Source: Candidatus Kerfeldbacteria bacterium (GTDB taxonomy: Bacteria > Patescibacteriota > Patescibacteriia > UBA9570). From it: a DNA stretch of 64,000 bases. This document shows positions 39,301 through 47,715 of this stretch, one piece after another (position 1 is the stretch's first letter; each line of letters begins with the position of its first letter). The DNA lies in contig JACPGK010000032.1 in assembly GCA_016182495.1 (NCBI GenBank), positions 23,917 through 87,916 of the forward strand, written 5' to 3'. The notes under the pieces were generated by a model. That model had not been told where the DNA came from, ran no database searches, and saw only the letters and a list, made by a program, of their open reading frames with translations. Made by a program: the position numbers and the translations under genes.

Positions 39301-41854
39301 CAGCTGATTTATCTAAGTGTGGTCCATTATCATGTAATATATTTCGAGTGGCGCGTTCTAACCGAGCCACCACCACGGCTGGATCTTCGGCAGCGTTAAT
39401 TAAGCCTTGCTGTTGAGCTTGTAAAAATAATTCTAACCGAGTTTGGCGCCAGCCAGTGGCTACCTTGGCGGCTTTGTCTAAATATTCACCGGGTTGAATA
39501 GCATTAGGAGCAATGTTGAAGTCAGACCCACTAACTTGAATATCTTGGGCATTGGCTAACCCCATTTTTTCTAAAATTACTTTAATTGATGGTGTGGCAA
39601 ATAACCGCTCCATAAAATTACCACCCGTTAATGGCGTAGCTGGGGGCGGTGGTGGAGCAGCCGCCGTAACGCCTGAATCAGTTAATGCCAAGGTCGTAAT
39701 GGGTTTGCCATCAAAAGCAGATTTTATCACTACATGATTCTGATCAGTTTGTTGAATAATAAACTGGGCGGCTTTATCGTGCAGGTCAGTTAATTTAGCT
39801 TTTATTTCTTCGGAGAGTAATGCAATTGGCTGTCCTACCGGCACTGTTTCACCGGCGTTATCTTTAAATACTTCCAACAACCCTTGGGCACTAACTGCTA
39901 AACGATATTGCAAAGTATCGGATAGTTTTACCACAAAGGCTTTATCTGGTGATAGATCCACTAGGGTAGGTTCAACGGCGCGCATCACGGTTTCTCCTGC
40001 GTCAACTGTATCTACCGTAATACGCATTTCTCCCAAAGGTTTGCCAGTTTGCTCATCAAATAATTTTAAATTCGAACCATCGGCTTTAACCTGCAAATTA
40101 TTAGGATCAATGTTACTGGGTAATTCACTACTGGTCATAACCTGATGCGCTTGATTAAACACAGTAATGCGACCATCAGCGGATACTTCTGCTACAGCTG
40201 ATTGACCGCCTACTGTTAATTGAGTTGGGTGTGGTAATGATGGTGCCGGCGGCTTTGACCAGGGTAGATGTTCTTTAAGATAAGTAACAGGCCAAGTAGC
40301 TGCCAATGCATCCATGGCCATAGCGGCTGCTCCACCAAAGGCGCCACTCACAATAGCCGATCGCACTATAGCGGCTCGTTCACCTTTTTCTAAATGTTTT
40401 TTAAGATGAGCTTCGTTGGCTTTTAATGTCAATAAATTAGTTGAAGCAATCCGAGCCAGAGTTTGTTTAAGATGATCCTGCTGACCAGTATTGCTAGTAG
40501 CATTATGCCGTTCCAAGGCTTGATCAAAGGTCATCACGGCGCGCTGAAAATTATCTAACAAATCATTTTGCGCTTTAAAACGATTATCGAGTCCGAACGA
40601 AATATAATCTTGACGCTCATCACCTTTGGCTAGGCGCGTGCGCAATAACCGATTTTGCACATCGGCAATCACCGCATACGATTGTTCTAAGGTATGCTCG
40701 ATACTATTCCCACTGCCAATAACGCCTTGCAAAGCTTGCGTAACGGCTGCTAAATCGCGATTGATATCGGAAGCACTACGCACAATTCCAGCTGGGCCTG
40801 CGCCAACAGCGGCATCAATCCGACGCTGACGTTTACGTTCTTTACCATTAAAATATTCACGCACCGCTCCGGCGGCTGCTCCAGCCCCAAAGGCCACTGC
40901 TAAACCACCGCCACCGGCCAGTAGACCAGCGCCCAAGGTGCCACCAATCATCAAGCGGTTAATACCAAGACGAGTAGCAGCTCCCCACACTGTGCCACTC
41001 AATAACACCATCCGACGAACTCGGCCCCACTTGGTTTGATCGTGCCGATAATCGGTTGAGCTTAATACTTCTACTGATTGCGCTTGGGCTAGTTGAGCTA
41101 CTTCAGAACGTAAAATAAAACGGAGATGATTTTCTACGGCTCGTTTTATATTGGGATCAGCGGCGTTAACATATTCTGGATCCCCCGGTTCACCAATGTC
41201 GAGCAGATTATCAAAATCGAGTTCGGCTACTATTTTATTAATACCAGTCCGATAATCGACGTTAGCTAATAATTCTGGCAATTCCAATTCACCGCGCTGA
41301 AAGCGTTCAATTAAATTTCTAAAAGCAACATTACGATCATTAGCCAACTCTAGATACTGTTCTAAACGTTGCTTGCGAGCTTGCCGTTCTAAAGCATCCT
41401 TGGCTAACGCCATCATATCGGACTTATGAGCTATGATACTAGCTTTTCTCTCTTTAACATCAGTGCCTAACCCTTGACCAAATACTTCAATAGCTTCGTG
41501 CCAGCGGTTGGCAATATGGCGATGTAATTTGTACCACGAGGTGGATCGTTTTTTCTGATTGAATTCATGACGTGCCTCAACATTGGAACGTAATGTAACA
41601 TGACGTTCAATTTCTGCTACCACTTCGGCTAGTTCACTGCTTTTTAAGCCTAGCTCATTAGCATGATCAACTAAATCATCAATCACGTCGTCTTCGAGTA
41701 AAGCAGAACTAGCTAACGATTCAGCTCGATTGCGATTTTGTAAATGATTACGCAATTGATCAGCACTAATGTTTTCACCTGACCGCCGGCCAGCTCGGCT
41801 AGTTTCAACCTGTTGCTGCAATGGGCGACGAAATCGTTCAGCAGATATAGCCAT
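33314..41854 (-). CDS. Giant 2846-aa hypothetical protein with glycine-zipper helices and helical repeats
   Basis: Uninterrupted 8.5-kb ORF with internal repeats and Pro/Ala linkers; no recognised catalytic family. Confidence 0.9.
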   Translation of the reverse strand: MAISAERFRRPLQQQVETSRAGRRSGENISADQLRNHLQNRNRAESLASSALLEDDVIDDLVDHANELGLKSSELAEVVAEIERHVTLRSNVEARHEFNQKKRSTSWYKLHRHIANRWHEAIEVFGQGLGTDVKERKASIIAHKSDMMALAKDALERQARKQRLEQYLELANDRNVAFRNLIERFQRGELELPELLANVDYRTGINKIVAELDFDNLLDIGEPGDPEYVNAADPNIKRAVENHLRFILRSEVAQLAQAQSVEVLSSTDYRHDQTKWGRVRRMVLLSGTVWGAATRLGINRLMIGGTLGAGLLAGGGGLAVAFGAGAAAGAVREYFNGKERKRQRRIDAAVGAGPAGIVRSASDINRDLAAVTQALQGVIGSGNSIEHTLEQSYAVIADVQNRLLRTRLAKGDERQDYISFGLDNRFKAQNDLLDNFQRAVMTFDQALERHNATSNTGQQDHLKQTLARIASTNLLTLKANEAHLKKHLEKGERAAIVRSAIVSGAFGGAAAMAMDALAATWPVTYLKEHLPWSKPPAPSLPHPTQLTVGGQSAVAEVSADGRITVFNQAHQVMTSSELPSNIDPNNLQVKADGSNLKLFDEQTGKPLGEMRITVDTVDAGETVMRAVEPTLVDLSPDKAFVVKLSDTLQYRLAVSAQGLLEVFKDNAGETVPVGQPIALLSEEIKAKLTDLHDKAAQFIIQQTDQNHVVIKSAFDGKPITTLALTDSGVTAAAPPPPPATPLTGGNFMERLFATPSIKVILEKMGLANAQDIQVSGSDFNIAPNAIQPGEYLDKAAKVATGWRQTRLELFLQAQQQGLINAAEDPAVVVARLERATRNILHDNGPHLDKSAALHEAFQGKDTAFIRSHELRFVDGSGAPDYVGVNQRWMQLVEQARAIREAAAVAAAPAPTGDTIVGDIVSTNPDVRLLLLQDIYQPVGTSRVLTELALASAADRWEAGLVDKLGASVILAGGILGEQMLGASAIADNNRSANHSEHIISTDEQVRAVNLDHPEAIAQAEQTDSQVETQAQPDLVAVQRLMTELQQHWQRNELTAEVRTKEHDAKDRLNKLRELYRIHCMATFSGVGSLRLQNGATLNDRLTAINQQTETHGRLLDQTICDRTTRLATAVTTAWQPLATDIQARLASGNGTLVEWQTLLANLRATALNPINDLHLDVTTVTQLPQFLNPPVYLAMQTQVTGLHAAITALEGQFASAVASYEAHDHALAELRHHFGDPFITALDAEIQQEATRTSHQFNRPARVVMYNFAVVQAQAVMRLHPGLGVGNELLEHLGLTDTSGRLATGAPLRRVLQGIIRGTPNVLVTINQERQQGQAVEQEVNRIKQIFGDNFFTALAAAVQASEVATGRNYTAAERLGMYHLAIVQARTVLAAQTGMQLGVEFLQHVGLVDVRGQLVPTRVRQVCAGIMATAADIFALPTAAGAGPAAAAGAAPGAPVPPHPPQAAPNPAELARQALERRVATAPVGNAAQQAELQDLGRQFNQLQAIVGQAFMGRFETTIQGIEHQRQQSIPNSEITAMLRHALQAITTYRLSGNRTVSQATRGEFFQAIGVHQADGTDNPAVWQRLMYDIIDRQPNIFDLGVPTNPAERIRQLGGQLEQVLGERFSNDLQAAIRTAETDANVPFTDNVVVEMLDNLLQQLRNFRLADGSTVTADNNMDFFAEVRIVDRLGRLQRRRLQDIFTRIIQRSASIFELKKTPAELRSEINHLRDVVGTTFGESFRDQLMLALTGAAPELESQRNALLAFIGSWNRHLVGPRGLALTAATPDQRVAVLADDVSAMVARAVNFERDIIQLIPETTDPTTAIIEDLRTSFDFDDSFFTPLLASLRTHLSNPDKQAAAMRRLVNTVRALRVSLQWQPLRNVALDLPLLAALGLVDSATHLVNEAEVTAMAERLAKNQKPLFRMDIAFHTPEEQLQLDRQLSELRDLYGNVFVRGFTEAMTTRGLTLSQQLAVLEYFRTQVADALTTIPAAEFNGHTITDLATVSEANIIAGADTIVKQCVADLAQTTVANPVASGAPSPSERTPITTEQVAAATALVSRLNTEVLQPANEVFVQIGEVKKHCENADSAASRVSDDTTRTVEQGLKQRLVALQATLNTVQTAMPDELKRAPVRNPSGRGFTDPASFAALCQRELDNRSYVLNGALKARLRWFIAHVEVPKIPKKPPLDVAGAQAYRTVLTDTIEPRLALIQADGKVLELPPADARASEQAQRDYNKLIGAINGFRQVLDGFFRAQVDLPERLASKQERITKIFGDKLGKDITHRITTLVANPVDQIRIIDHLLNERRLNRNLVDRRFEQDLGIATGLVEDDTPNTERLTEIVERANRGEANIYRDSGEAEPTGAELERHNQLAQAMRVIVRNFGGTFTDFIFARLLDLPNELLQAPQAQTLAQAVQELHATVQPAATENIGVAVQRASGLVSAEHQFSNERLGTVLTNIKNGKTLAADVFDYPIDLGKKSGRSGRSSAAGARPWVTEAPRVVVAAGVDEHKGLGNLAELFNGEQAKVNALPEFIDLRTMLNHPALIEALRVGLVHVKETRRKPNLDSLQLALSPDNNAGRTVADTLKAVGLVQANDEPYQPAVAALLTTLGKKPNQVNLKTILRDLPQPPAEPVPAPAPAAVAVEEPAATPAIPIKKGRVKAKTRVDEPVVQDVNKPARKSRKPIVAEALAAEPVEAPAAAAPAEIQAAVPIADEAASAAETPAPVEEAVVPVAEPVAVEPDALKAEAKQWVKFGNLGKQVPDWIKSPAVVTALREALTNEGVFIKPIVTKLRDGLRDDDRAKALRGPALVAAFHLDTPAGMATLVERLKNKAIQAKQLFEFPG

Positions 41855-41856
41855 AG

Positions 41857-42168
41857 TTATGGTTGAGTAAATTCAACATACTCTTGCTCAAATTGTTTGA
41901 TGGCCGTTTGTAACTGTTGCGATAAATCTGGAATGCGACTATTTAAAAAAGTTGTCACCTCGTTTTGGGGTGCTTCGCGTTGTATTAAGCTGGCATACTC
42001 AACGGCATCATTATCGGATAATTGTTCGGTGATAATAGTTTCTAAACGCTGCTCTAATTGCAACGATAAATCCATAATCATTTTTTCTTCCAGGGCTTCA
42101 GGCAACACCGTGGCATGCACGGTGCGAACAAGATTCTTTAAAAAGGCGTATAAACGTGGGTCAGTCAT
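41857..42168 (-). CDS. Small acidic helical protein, DUF5663-like
   Basis: Pattern LEQRLE.II.EQLSD....EY..L....EV..FL..RIPDL...F..EY; 2 nt upstream of the giant ORF. Confidence 0.65.
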   Translation of the reverse strand: MTDPRLYAFLKNLVRTVHATVLPEALEEKMIMDLSLQLEQRLETIITEQLSDNDAVEYASLIQREAPQNEVTTFLNSRIPDLSQQLQTAIKQFEQEYVEFTQP

Positions 42169-42180
42169 AAATAACAGAAC

Positions 42181-42208
42181 ATTATATACAAAAAACCAAT
42201 TTTGTCAA
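42181..42208 (-). promoter_or_regulatory. Consensus sigma70 promoter for the DUF5663-like/giant protein pair
   Basis: TTGACA (42203-42208), 16-nt spacer, TATAAT (42181-42186); 12 nt to the ATG. Confidence 0.75.
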
Positions 42209-42258
42209 GAGCAAATGACAAATAATTATTAACTCACTGATACACAAAAATAATTATA

Positions 42259-42843
42259 TCACAATTTTTTACTTCTGGCAAGCGGCGGCGGAAAAATTTC
42301 AAAATAAATTCCAAAATTTGTTGAGTCTCCGGCACGATGAGAATAAAACTTGTCGTTATTACATTGTGTGCAGGCGCGCAGCATTTCGATGTGCCCCAGT
42401 GGCACTCCACAGCGTTTAGCTTGGTGTACATTTTCTACTTGAATATCAATATCGTTATAACAACATGGGCCGATCGCCGGACCAATGCCAACGTAACTAT
42501 CACGCGCGCCTAATTTAATTAGGGCTTGCGGTAAAATTTGTTTGATCGTTCCTAAAAAACCAGCATGCAACACACCACCAAAACCGCGTTTGGGATTATA
42601 TACCAAAATCGGTACGCAATCAGATACACCAATACGTAAGCGGATGCCTGGTTGTCGGGTAATTAAACCATCGGTTTGTGGCAATATGTTAACGGCTGCA
42701 TTCGTTACCACGGTAACGGTATTGCTATGCACCTGTTCAGCTTTCACATGATACGGTTGGCGGTGCTCGGTGTGACGCGTAGAAATACCGTGATCAATTG
42801 TTGAAAACTGTTGAAATAATTTGAATTGAATTAAATCAGCCAT
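42259..42843 (-). CDS. YfiH/PgeF family (laccase-domain / purine nucleoside phosphorylase-like) protein
   Basis: EQVHSN, DGLIT, SDCVPIL, HAG, IGPAIGPCCY, CT.C...FYSHR. Confidence 0.85.
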   Translation of the reverse strand: MADLIQFKLFQQFSTIDHGISTRHTEHRQPYHVKAEQVHSNTVTVVTNAAVNILPQTDGLITRQPGIRLRIGVSDCVPILVYNPKRGFGGVLHAGFLGTIKQILPQALIKLGARDSYVGIGPAIGPCCYNDIDIQVENVHQAKRCGVPLGHIEMLRACTQCNNDKFYSHRAGDSTNFGIYFEIFPPPLARSKKL

Positions 42844-43978
42844 GATACACTTGATCATACACTTGTAAGGTCTCTTGAGCACATTTGGTCCAAGAAAACT
42901 GTTTAACGCGCTGACGGCCAGCTCTGCCTAACCGTTGGCGCAGAGCAGCGCTACCAACGACTCGATCAATCGCTTGTTGCACAGCTCGAGTAGATTGTGG
43001 GTTCACTAATACACCGGCTTTCCCCACTACTTCGGGCAGTGACGCTACGTTTGAGGTAATCACTGGCACACCGTAACTCATGGCTTCGACTACCGGCAAA
43101 CCAAAACCTTCATAAAAAGATGGAAACACAAAGGCTGTGGCACAGCGCAGCAAAGCTGCTTTTTGCAGACCAGTGACATAACCAACATAACGAATGTGGC
43201 CTGATTTGACTGCTTGAATGGCTTCATAGTTTTTATGAAACTGATAACCCTTGGCACCAGCAATCACTAGTTGCACGTCGTGGTAGCGTTTTGGTTTAGC
43301 TTTGGCCAAGCTATCGAAAGCCGTAATCAGGCCAGCAATATTTTTGCGTGGTTCTAATGTACCGATATATAACAGGTAATGCTCCTGCAAATGCCAGGGT
43401 CGCAACACTCGGTAAGCCCCTAACTTGGTAGGCAACTGGGGAGCAGCATAACCTTCATAAATTACTCGAATATGGTTGGCTGGCACTTTAAACTGACGTC
43501 GGATATCTTGAGCGGTTGATTGCGATACGGCGATTACTGCATTAGCTCGCTGGACACTTTTTGGAACTAATACGTTAATGGAAAAATTTTGCTTGGGTGG
43601 AAACCATTCCGGGTGTTGGTAAATAGCCAAATCATGAACCGTCACCACGGTAGGCTTATGGTACTGTAATGGAATACTGTTGGCTGGAGCATGAAATACA
43701 TCTAACTGGGCTTGATTAAGCGTTCGGCTAACCATCAAGTGAGAATAGGCATAGGGTAAGTAGCGCTTATATTCCGATAATGGAAAACGCACAATTTCGG
43801 TACGACGACGTTTAAATTCGTGCGCGTTATTAGCGCGGTGATCAAAAAATAACACATAGGTATTACGCTGATCAATCTGTAATAAATTTTTAACTAAATA
43901 ATACGTATAGTGCCCTACTCCGGCTTTTTCACCATGCGCCGGACTAAGGATAGTGCGACAATCAATACCAATGCGCAT
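42836..43978 (-). CDS. Glycosyltransferase family 4
   Basis: MRIGID, TVHDL, GTLEPRKN, FVFPSFYEGFGLPVVEAM, FSW. Confidence 0.92.
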   Translation of the reverse strand: MRIGIDCRTILSPAHGEKAGVGHYTYYLVKNLLQIDQRNTYVLFFDHRANNAHEFKRRRTEIVRFPLSEYKRYLPYAYSHLMVSRTLNQAQLDVFHAPANSIPLQYHKPTVVTVHDLAIYQHPEWFPPKQNFSINVLVPKSVQRANAVIAVSQSTAQDIRRQFKVPANHIRVIYEGYAAPQLPTKLGAYRVLRPWHLQEHYLLYIGTLEPRKNIAGLITAFDSLAKAKPKRYHDVQLVIAGAKGYQFHKNYEAIQAVKSGHIRYVGYVTGLQKAALLRCATAFVFPSFYEGFGLPVVEAMSYGVPVITSNVASLPEVVGKAGVLVNPQSTRAVQQAIDRVVGSAALRQRLGRAGRQRVKQFSWTKCAQETLQVYDQVYHG

Positions 43979-43981
43979 AGC

Positions 43982-45616
43982 TTACATTTTTTCCGGTGCG
44001 GAAATGCCCATTAATTGCAAGGCATTGCGCAACACCACTTGGGTAGCCTGCACTAATTGTAACCGCGATCGTTCTACTGAACCATCGTGTTGAATAATCC
44101 GGTGACTGGAATAAAACTTATGAAAGGCGCGGGCTACATCTAACGTGTACTGGGGCAGCTTGTGCACTTGATAGTTCTCCCCTATTTGGGCCAGTACATC
44201 GGGGAATTGAAATAACTTTTTGGCTAAATCTTCTTCGGCAGCGGTGGTTAATTGAATCGAAGCCGGCGTATGATCAGTCACTTTTTGCAACAAGCTACAA
44301 ATACGGGCATGAGCATACTGCACGTAGTACACTGGATTTTTATCGGATTGTTCGCGGGCTAAATTTAAATCAAAATCCATGTGAGTATTAGAATCGTACA
44401 TTAAAAAGAACCACCGAGCGACATCTAAACCAATCTCTTCAATTAATTCTTGCAACGTTACAAAGGTGCCCTTACGTTTCGACATGCGTAATTCTTTACC
44501 ATTAAACATCAACCGCACCAACTGCACAAAAATAATATCCATTTGCTGGCGATGTCCAATGGCTGCTAGAGCTGCTTCCATCCGCCCTTTAAAGCCGTGA
44601 TGGTCGGCCCCCAATAACCATACCCAATGATCGATGTTACGATCTTCAAACTTATCCAATAAATATAAAATGTCTGAAAAAAAATAGGTCTTGCTGCCAT
44701 CCTGTTTAATAATCACCCGATCTTTATCGTCGCCAAACCGGCTGGAAGCAAACCACGTGGCGCCAGCTTGTTCATAAATTAATTGATGGTCGCGTAAAAA
44801 AGCCATGGCCCGTTCCAGGTTGGCTGGTGTATGCAAACTTTTTTCTGATTTCCACACATCATAATGAATCTGCAACGTATCTTCTACAAACGATTTAATC
44901 TGGCTAGTCATTTTTTCTAACGCCCAATCTTTAATTTGATCACGTAAGCCAGCTAGAGCTGCTTGGCTACCAAGTTGCACATCCGGCAACTGCACTTGCT
45001 TGGCCAGATCAATAATATAGTCTCCCCGGTATAATTCATCGGGATAATCCACCTTAATACCTTGATGCTGTAGATATCGTCGTAACACCGATTCGGCTAG
45101 CACTTCTACCTGATTACCAAAATCGTTAATGTAGTATTCAGCAATCACTGTATAGCCGTTAGCGCGCAACACTCGCACAATCACATCGCCAGTAAAGCCA
45201 CCGCGACCGTTGCCCAAATGTAATGGTCCGGTTGGATTAGCTGATAAAAACTCTGCCAGAATAGTTTTGTGTTTTGGTTTACCGCGACCATACTGATCGC
45301 CTTGTTCCAAAATTAAACGCACCCCGCCAGCTAAAAATTCATCATTGACAAATATATTTAAAAAACCTGGGCTCACTACCTGCACATGATCAAGGCCAAC
45401 CATATCTAACTGGCTGGCTAAATCGTTGCCAATCTCAATGGGGTTGCGTTGTACCAACTTGGCTAGCTGCATGGCTACGTTACTGGCGTAATCACCTTGA
45501 GTGCGATATGGCGGATTAGTGACATCGAATTCAGGCACAACAAAACTCGGCCAAGTATGACTTTGCTGTAAAGCAGTAATGGCCTGATTAATTTTATCAA
45601 CGATAATAGCTTTCAT
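43982..45616 (-). CDS. argS: Arginine--tRNA ligase
   Basis: GDYASN, SANPTGPLHLGNGR, GADHHG, MSKRKG, YVQYAHARI. Confidence 0.96.
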   Translation of the reverse strand: MKAIIVDKINQAITALQQSHTWPSFVVPEFDVTNPPYRTQGDYASNVAMQLAKLVQRNPIEIGNDLASQLDMVGLDHVQVVSPGFLNIFVNDEFLAGGVRLILEQGDQYGRGKPKHKTILAEFLSANPTGPLHLGNGRGGFTGDVIVRVLRANGYTVIAEYYINDFGNQVEVLAESVLRRYLQHQGIKVDYPDELYRGDYIIDLAKQVQLPDVQLGSQAALAGLRDQIKDWALEKMTSQIKSFVEDTLQIHYDVWKSEKSLHTPANLERAMAFLRDHQLIYEQAGATWFASSRFGDDKDRVIIKQDGSKTYFFSDILYLLDKFEDRNIDHWVWLLGADHHGFKGRMEAALAAIGHRQQMDIIFVQLVRLMFNGKELRMSKRKGTFVTLQELIEEIGLDVARWFFLMYDSNTHMDFDLNLAREQSDKNPVYYVQYAHARICSLLQKVTDHTPASIQLTTAAEEDLAKKLFQFPDVLAQIGENYQVHKLPQYTLDVARAFHKFYSSHRIIQHDGSVERSRLQLVQATQVVLRNALQLMGISAPEKM

Positions 45617-45745
45617 AAAACCGATTGGAATTATAGCATACTTTTATATTGAAAAATTATAGTAAACAAAAAACTCTTGTTCTTTAGGCAAATCACCATA
45701 GGGTGAAGCTTAACAATTTATACATATAAGTATAAAATAACAACT

Positions 45746-46715
45746 ATGATTAAGCGTCAACATACTGCACCAGCTTGTGATTATTGATGAAATCCAGCAT
45801 CTGCCAACATTATTTCCATTGTTACGAGCGTTGATTGATCAGCAGCGCCAACCAGGGCAATTTCTAATTTTAGGCTCTGCTTCTCCACACCTTTTACGAC
45901 AGGCTTCTGAATCATTGGCTGGACGAATCATTTATCATGAATTAACACCGTTGACATTAGCTGAATGCACGCCTCACCCATATACCTGGAAACAATTATG
46001 GTTGCGCGGAGGATATCCTGAAAGCATGCTAGCAAACACCGATACTATTAGTTACCAATGGCGGCAATCATTTATTCGTAACTATATTGAACGTGATATC
46101 CCACAATTACAGGCAATCCGAACATCAGGCGCGCAGTTACAACGACTATTATTAATGTTAGCCCATAGTCATGGTCAGCTATGGAATCGATCAGCCATTG
46201 CTAAGGCCCTCGGTATATCAATGCGTACCATTCAACAGTTTGTTGATTTATTCATTGATACATTTCTAGTACGACAACTCCAGCCTTATCATGTTAACCT
46301 CAAAAAAAGATTAATTAAAACTCCAAAACTCTATTTCCGAGATAGCGGTATTATCCATACACTGCTGAATATTCAAACTCTAGATCAACTGCATAATCAT
46401 CCGGCCGTTGGTGCTTTATGGGAAGGATTTGCCATCGAGCAACTACTGAATATATTACCGTCCACTTGGCAATATTATTTTTATCGTACACACACTGGCG
46501 TAGAAGTTGACTTGCTGCTAATTTCACCAACTCATCAGCACATTCTTGTAGAAATAAAATATACTCTATCCCCCACTCTATCACGAGGTTTTTGGGAAGC
46601 CTACCAAGATTTATATTGTCACAAAGCCTATATTCTTTATCCAGGGACAGAACACTATAACCTAGCTAAACATGTAACAGTGTTGCCTATAGCTGCGATA
46701 TCGACGGTAGCATAA
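45746..46715 (+). pseudogene. AAA_14 + DUF4143 ATPase, internally deleted (Walker A missing)
   Basis: ATG 45746 gives MIKRQHT.. and stops out of frame. The main frame begins at LVIIDEIQ and has LGSAS, ESLAGRI, RGGYP, KTPKLYFRDSG and EVDLL. Confidence 0.7.
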
Positions 46716-46770
46716 TTGAAGAGCAGCCACACTGTTCAGAAGCACAATTCTAGGCTATGCTTACACACCT

Positions 46771-47217
46771 ATGCCTACGTTGGTACACAATCAGCGTCTT
46801 AAATTCGACTATGAAATTTTGGAGAATTTCACAGCTGGTATTGTATTAACCGGTGCTGAAGTAAAATCATGCAAGCGTAAACAAGTGAGCTTACAAGGGG
46901 CTTACATTATTATTGAAGGCGGTGCGGCCTGGTTAAAAAATGCTCGCGTCAGCCCCTACCAAGCCAACAATCAACGACACTACGACCCGTTACGCCTGCG
47001 TAAATTACTGCTGCGCCGAGTAGAACTAGCTAGCCTAACTGGAAAACTCCAACAGGCTGGCTTGACATTACTGCCGGAATCCTTGTATACTCAAGGCGGT
47101 TTAGTGAAAGTTAAACTGGTTCTAGTGCGCGGCCGTAAAAAAGTTGATAAGCGCGCTTTGATCAAAAAACGAGATGTTGATCGTCGCATTGCTCAAGCTT
47201 TGCGCCGAGCAATATAG
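46771..47217 (+). CDS. smpB: SsrA-binding protein
   Basis: AGIVLTGAEVKS, DPLRLRKLLL, GRKKVDKR; adjacent to tmRNA. Confidence 0.95.
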   Translation: MPTLVHNQRLKFDYEILENFTAGIVLTGAEVKSCKRKQVSLQGAYIIIEGGAAWLKNARVSPYQANNQRHYDPLRLRKLLLRRVELASLTGKLQQAGLTLLPESLYTQGGLVKVKLVLVRGRKKVDKRALIKKRDVDRRIAQALRRAI

Positions 47218-47258
47218 TTAATAAACGTTCCCACCCACGTTGCTTCGTAGAGGGCTTA

Positions 47259-47289
47259 CCCATCGGAGCCACGCAGTGGCGTAGGTGGG
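47259..47289 (+). repeat. REP-like hairpin abutting the tmRNA 5' end
   Basis: CCCATC-GGA-GCCAC-GCA-GTGGC-GTA-GGTGGG; the last GGG is tmRNA nt 1-3. Confidence 0.5.
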
Positions 47290-47684
47290 GATGTGTATAT
47301 CATTGATAGGTTCGTTCTTTATAGTATCGGCTAGCAATGCCCAGCATCATTTCAAAGGCTGAAACTTCTAAGTGCAAACTTAGTTCAAAAAGTAAAAGCC
47401 AAGGTGGCCGCGTTATCTAACGCGTTCCGTCCAGCTTTTGCTCCTGTTGTAGCTTAATTCTACAACCATCCAGCAGGCTGATCTCTGATAGGCCTGTGCG
47501 GGTGTCATATTCATCGGGGTCGGTAGCTGTGTAGCTGGTGCTTAGCTGCCTAAACTATGGCCAGATCGGTTAACACTGTTTGGTGTCATTTTCAGGTGTT
47601 AGCTTAAATTCAAACGGCACTACGCTAGTAGATGATATTATCAAGCCAACCTAGACGCGGGCGTAATTCCCGCCATCTCCACCA
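47287..47684 (+). ncRNA. ssrA: tmRNA; tag ANLVQKVKAKVAALSNAFRPAFAPVVA* at 47374-47457
   Basis: Acceptor GGGGATG/CATCTCC-ACCA with G3:U; T stem GCGGG/CCCGC; helix 2 TAGGTT/AACCTA and CTAGC/GCTAG; TAAGT-GCA resume context; follows smpB. Confidence 0.9.
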
Positions 47685-47715
47685 CGTTTTACCTAATCGT
47701 TAAATCAGCACAGGT

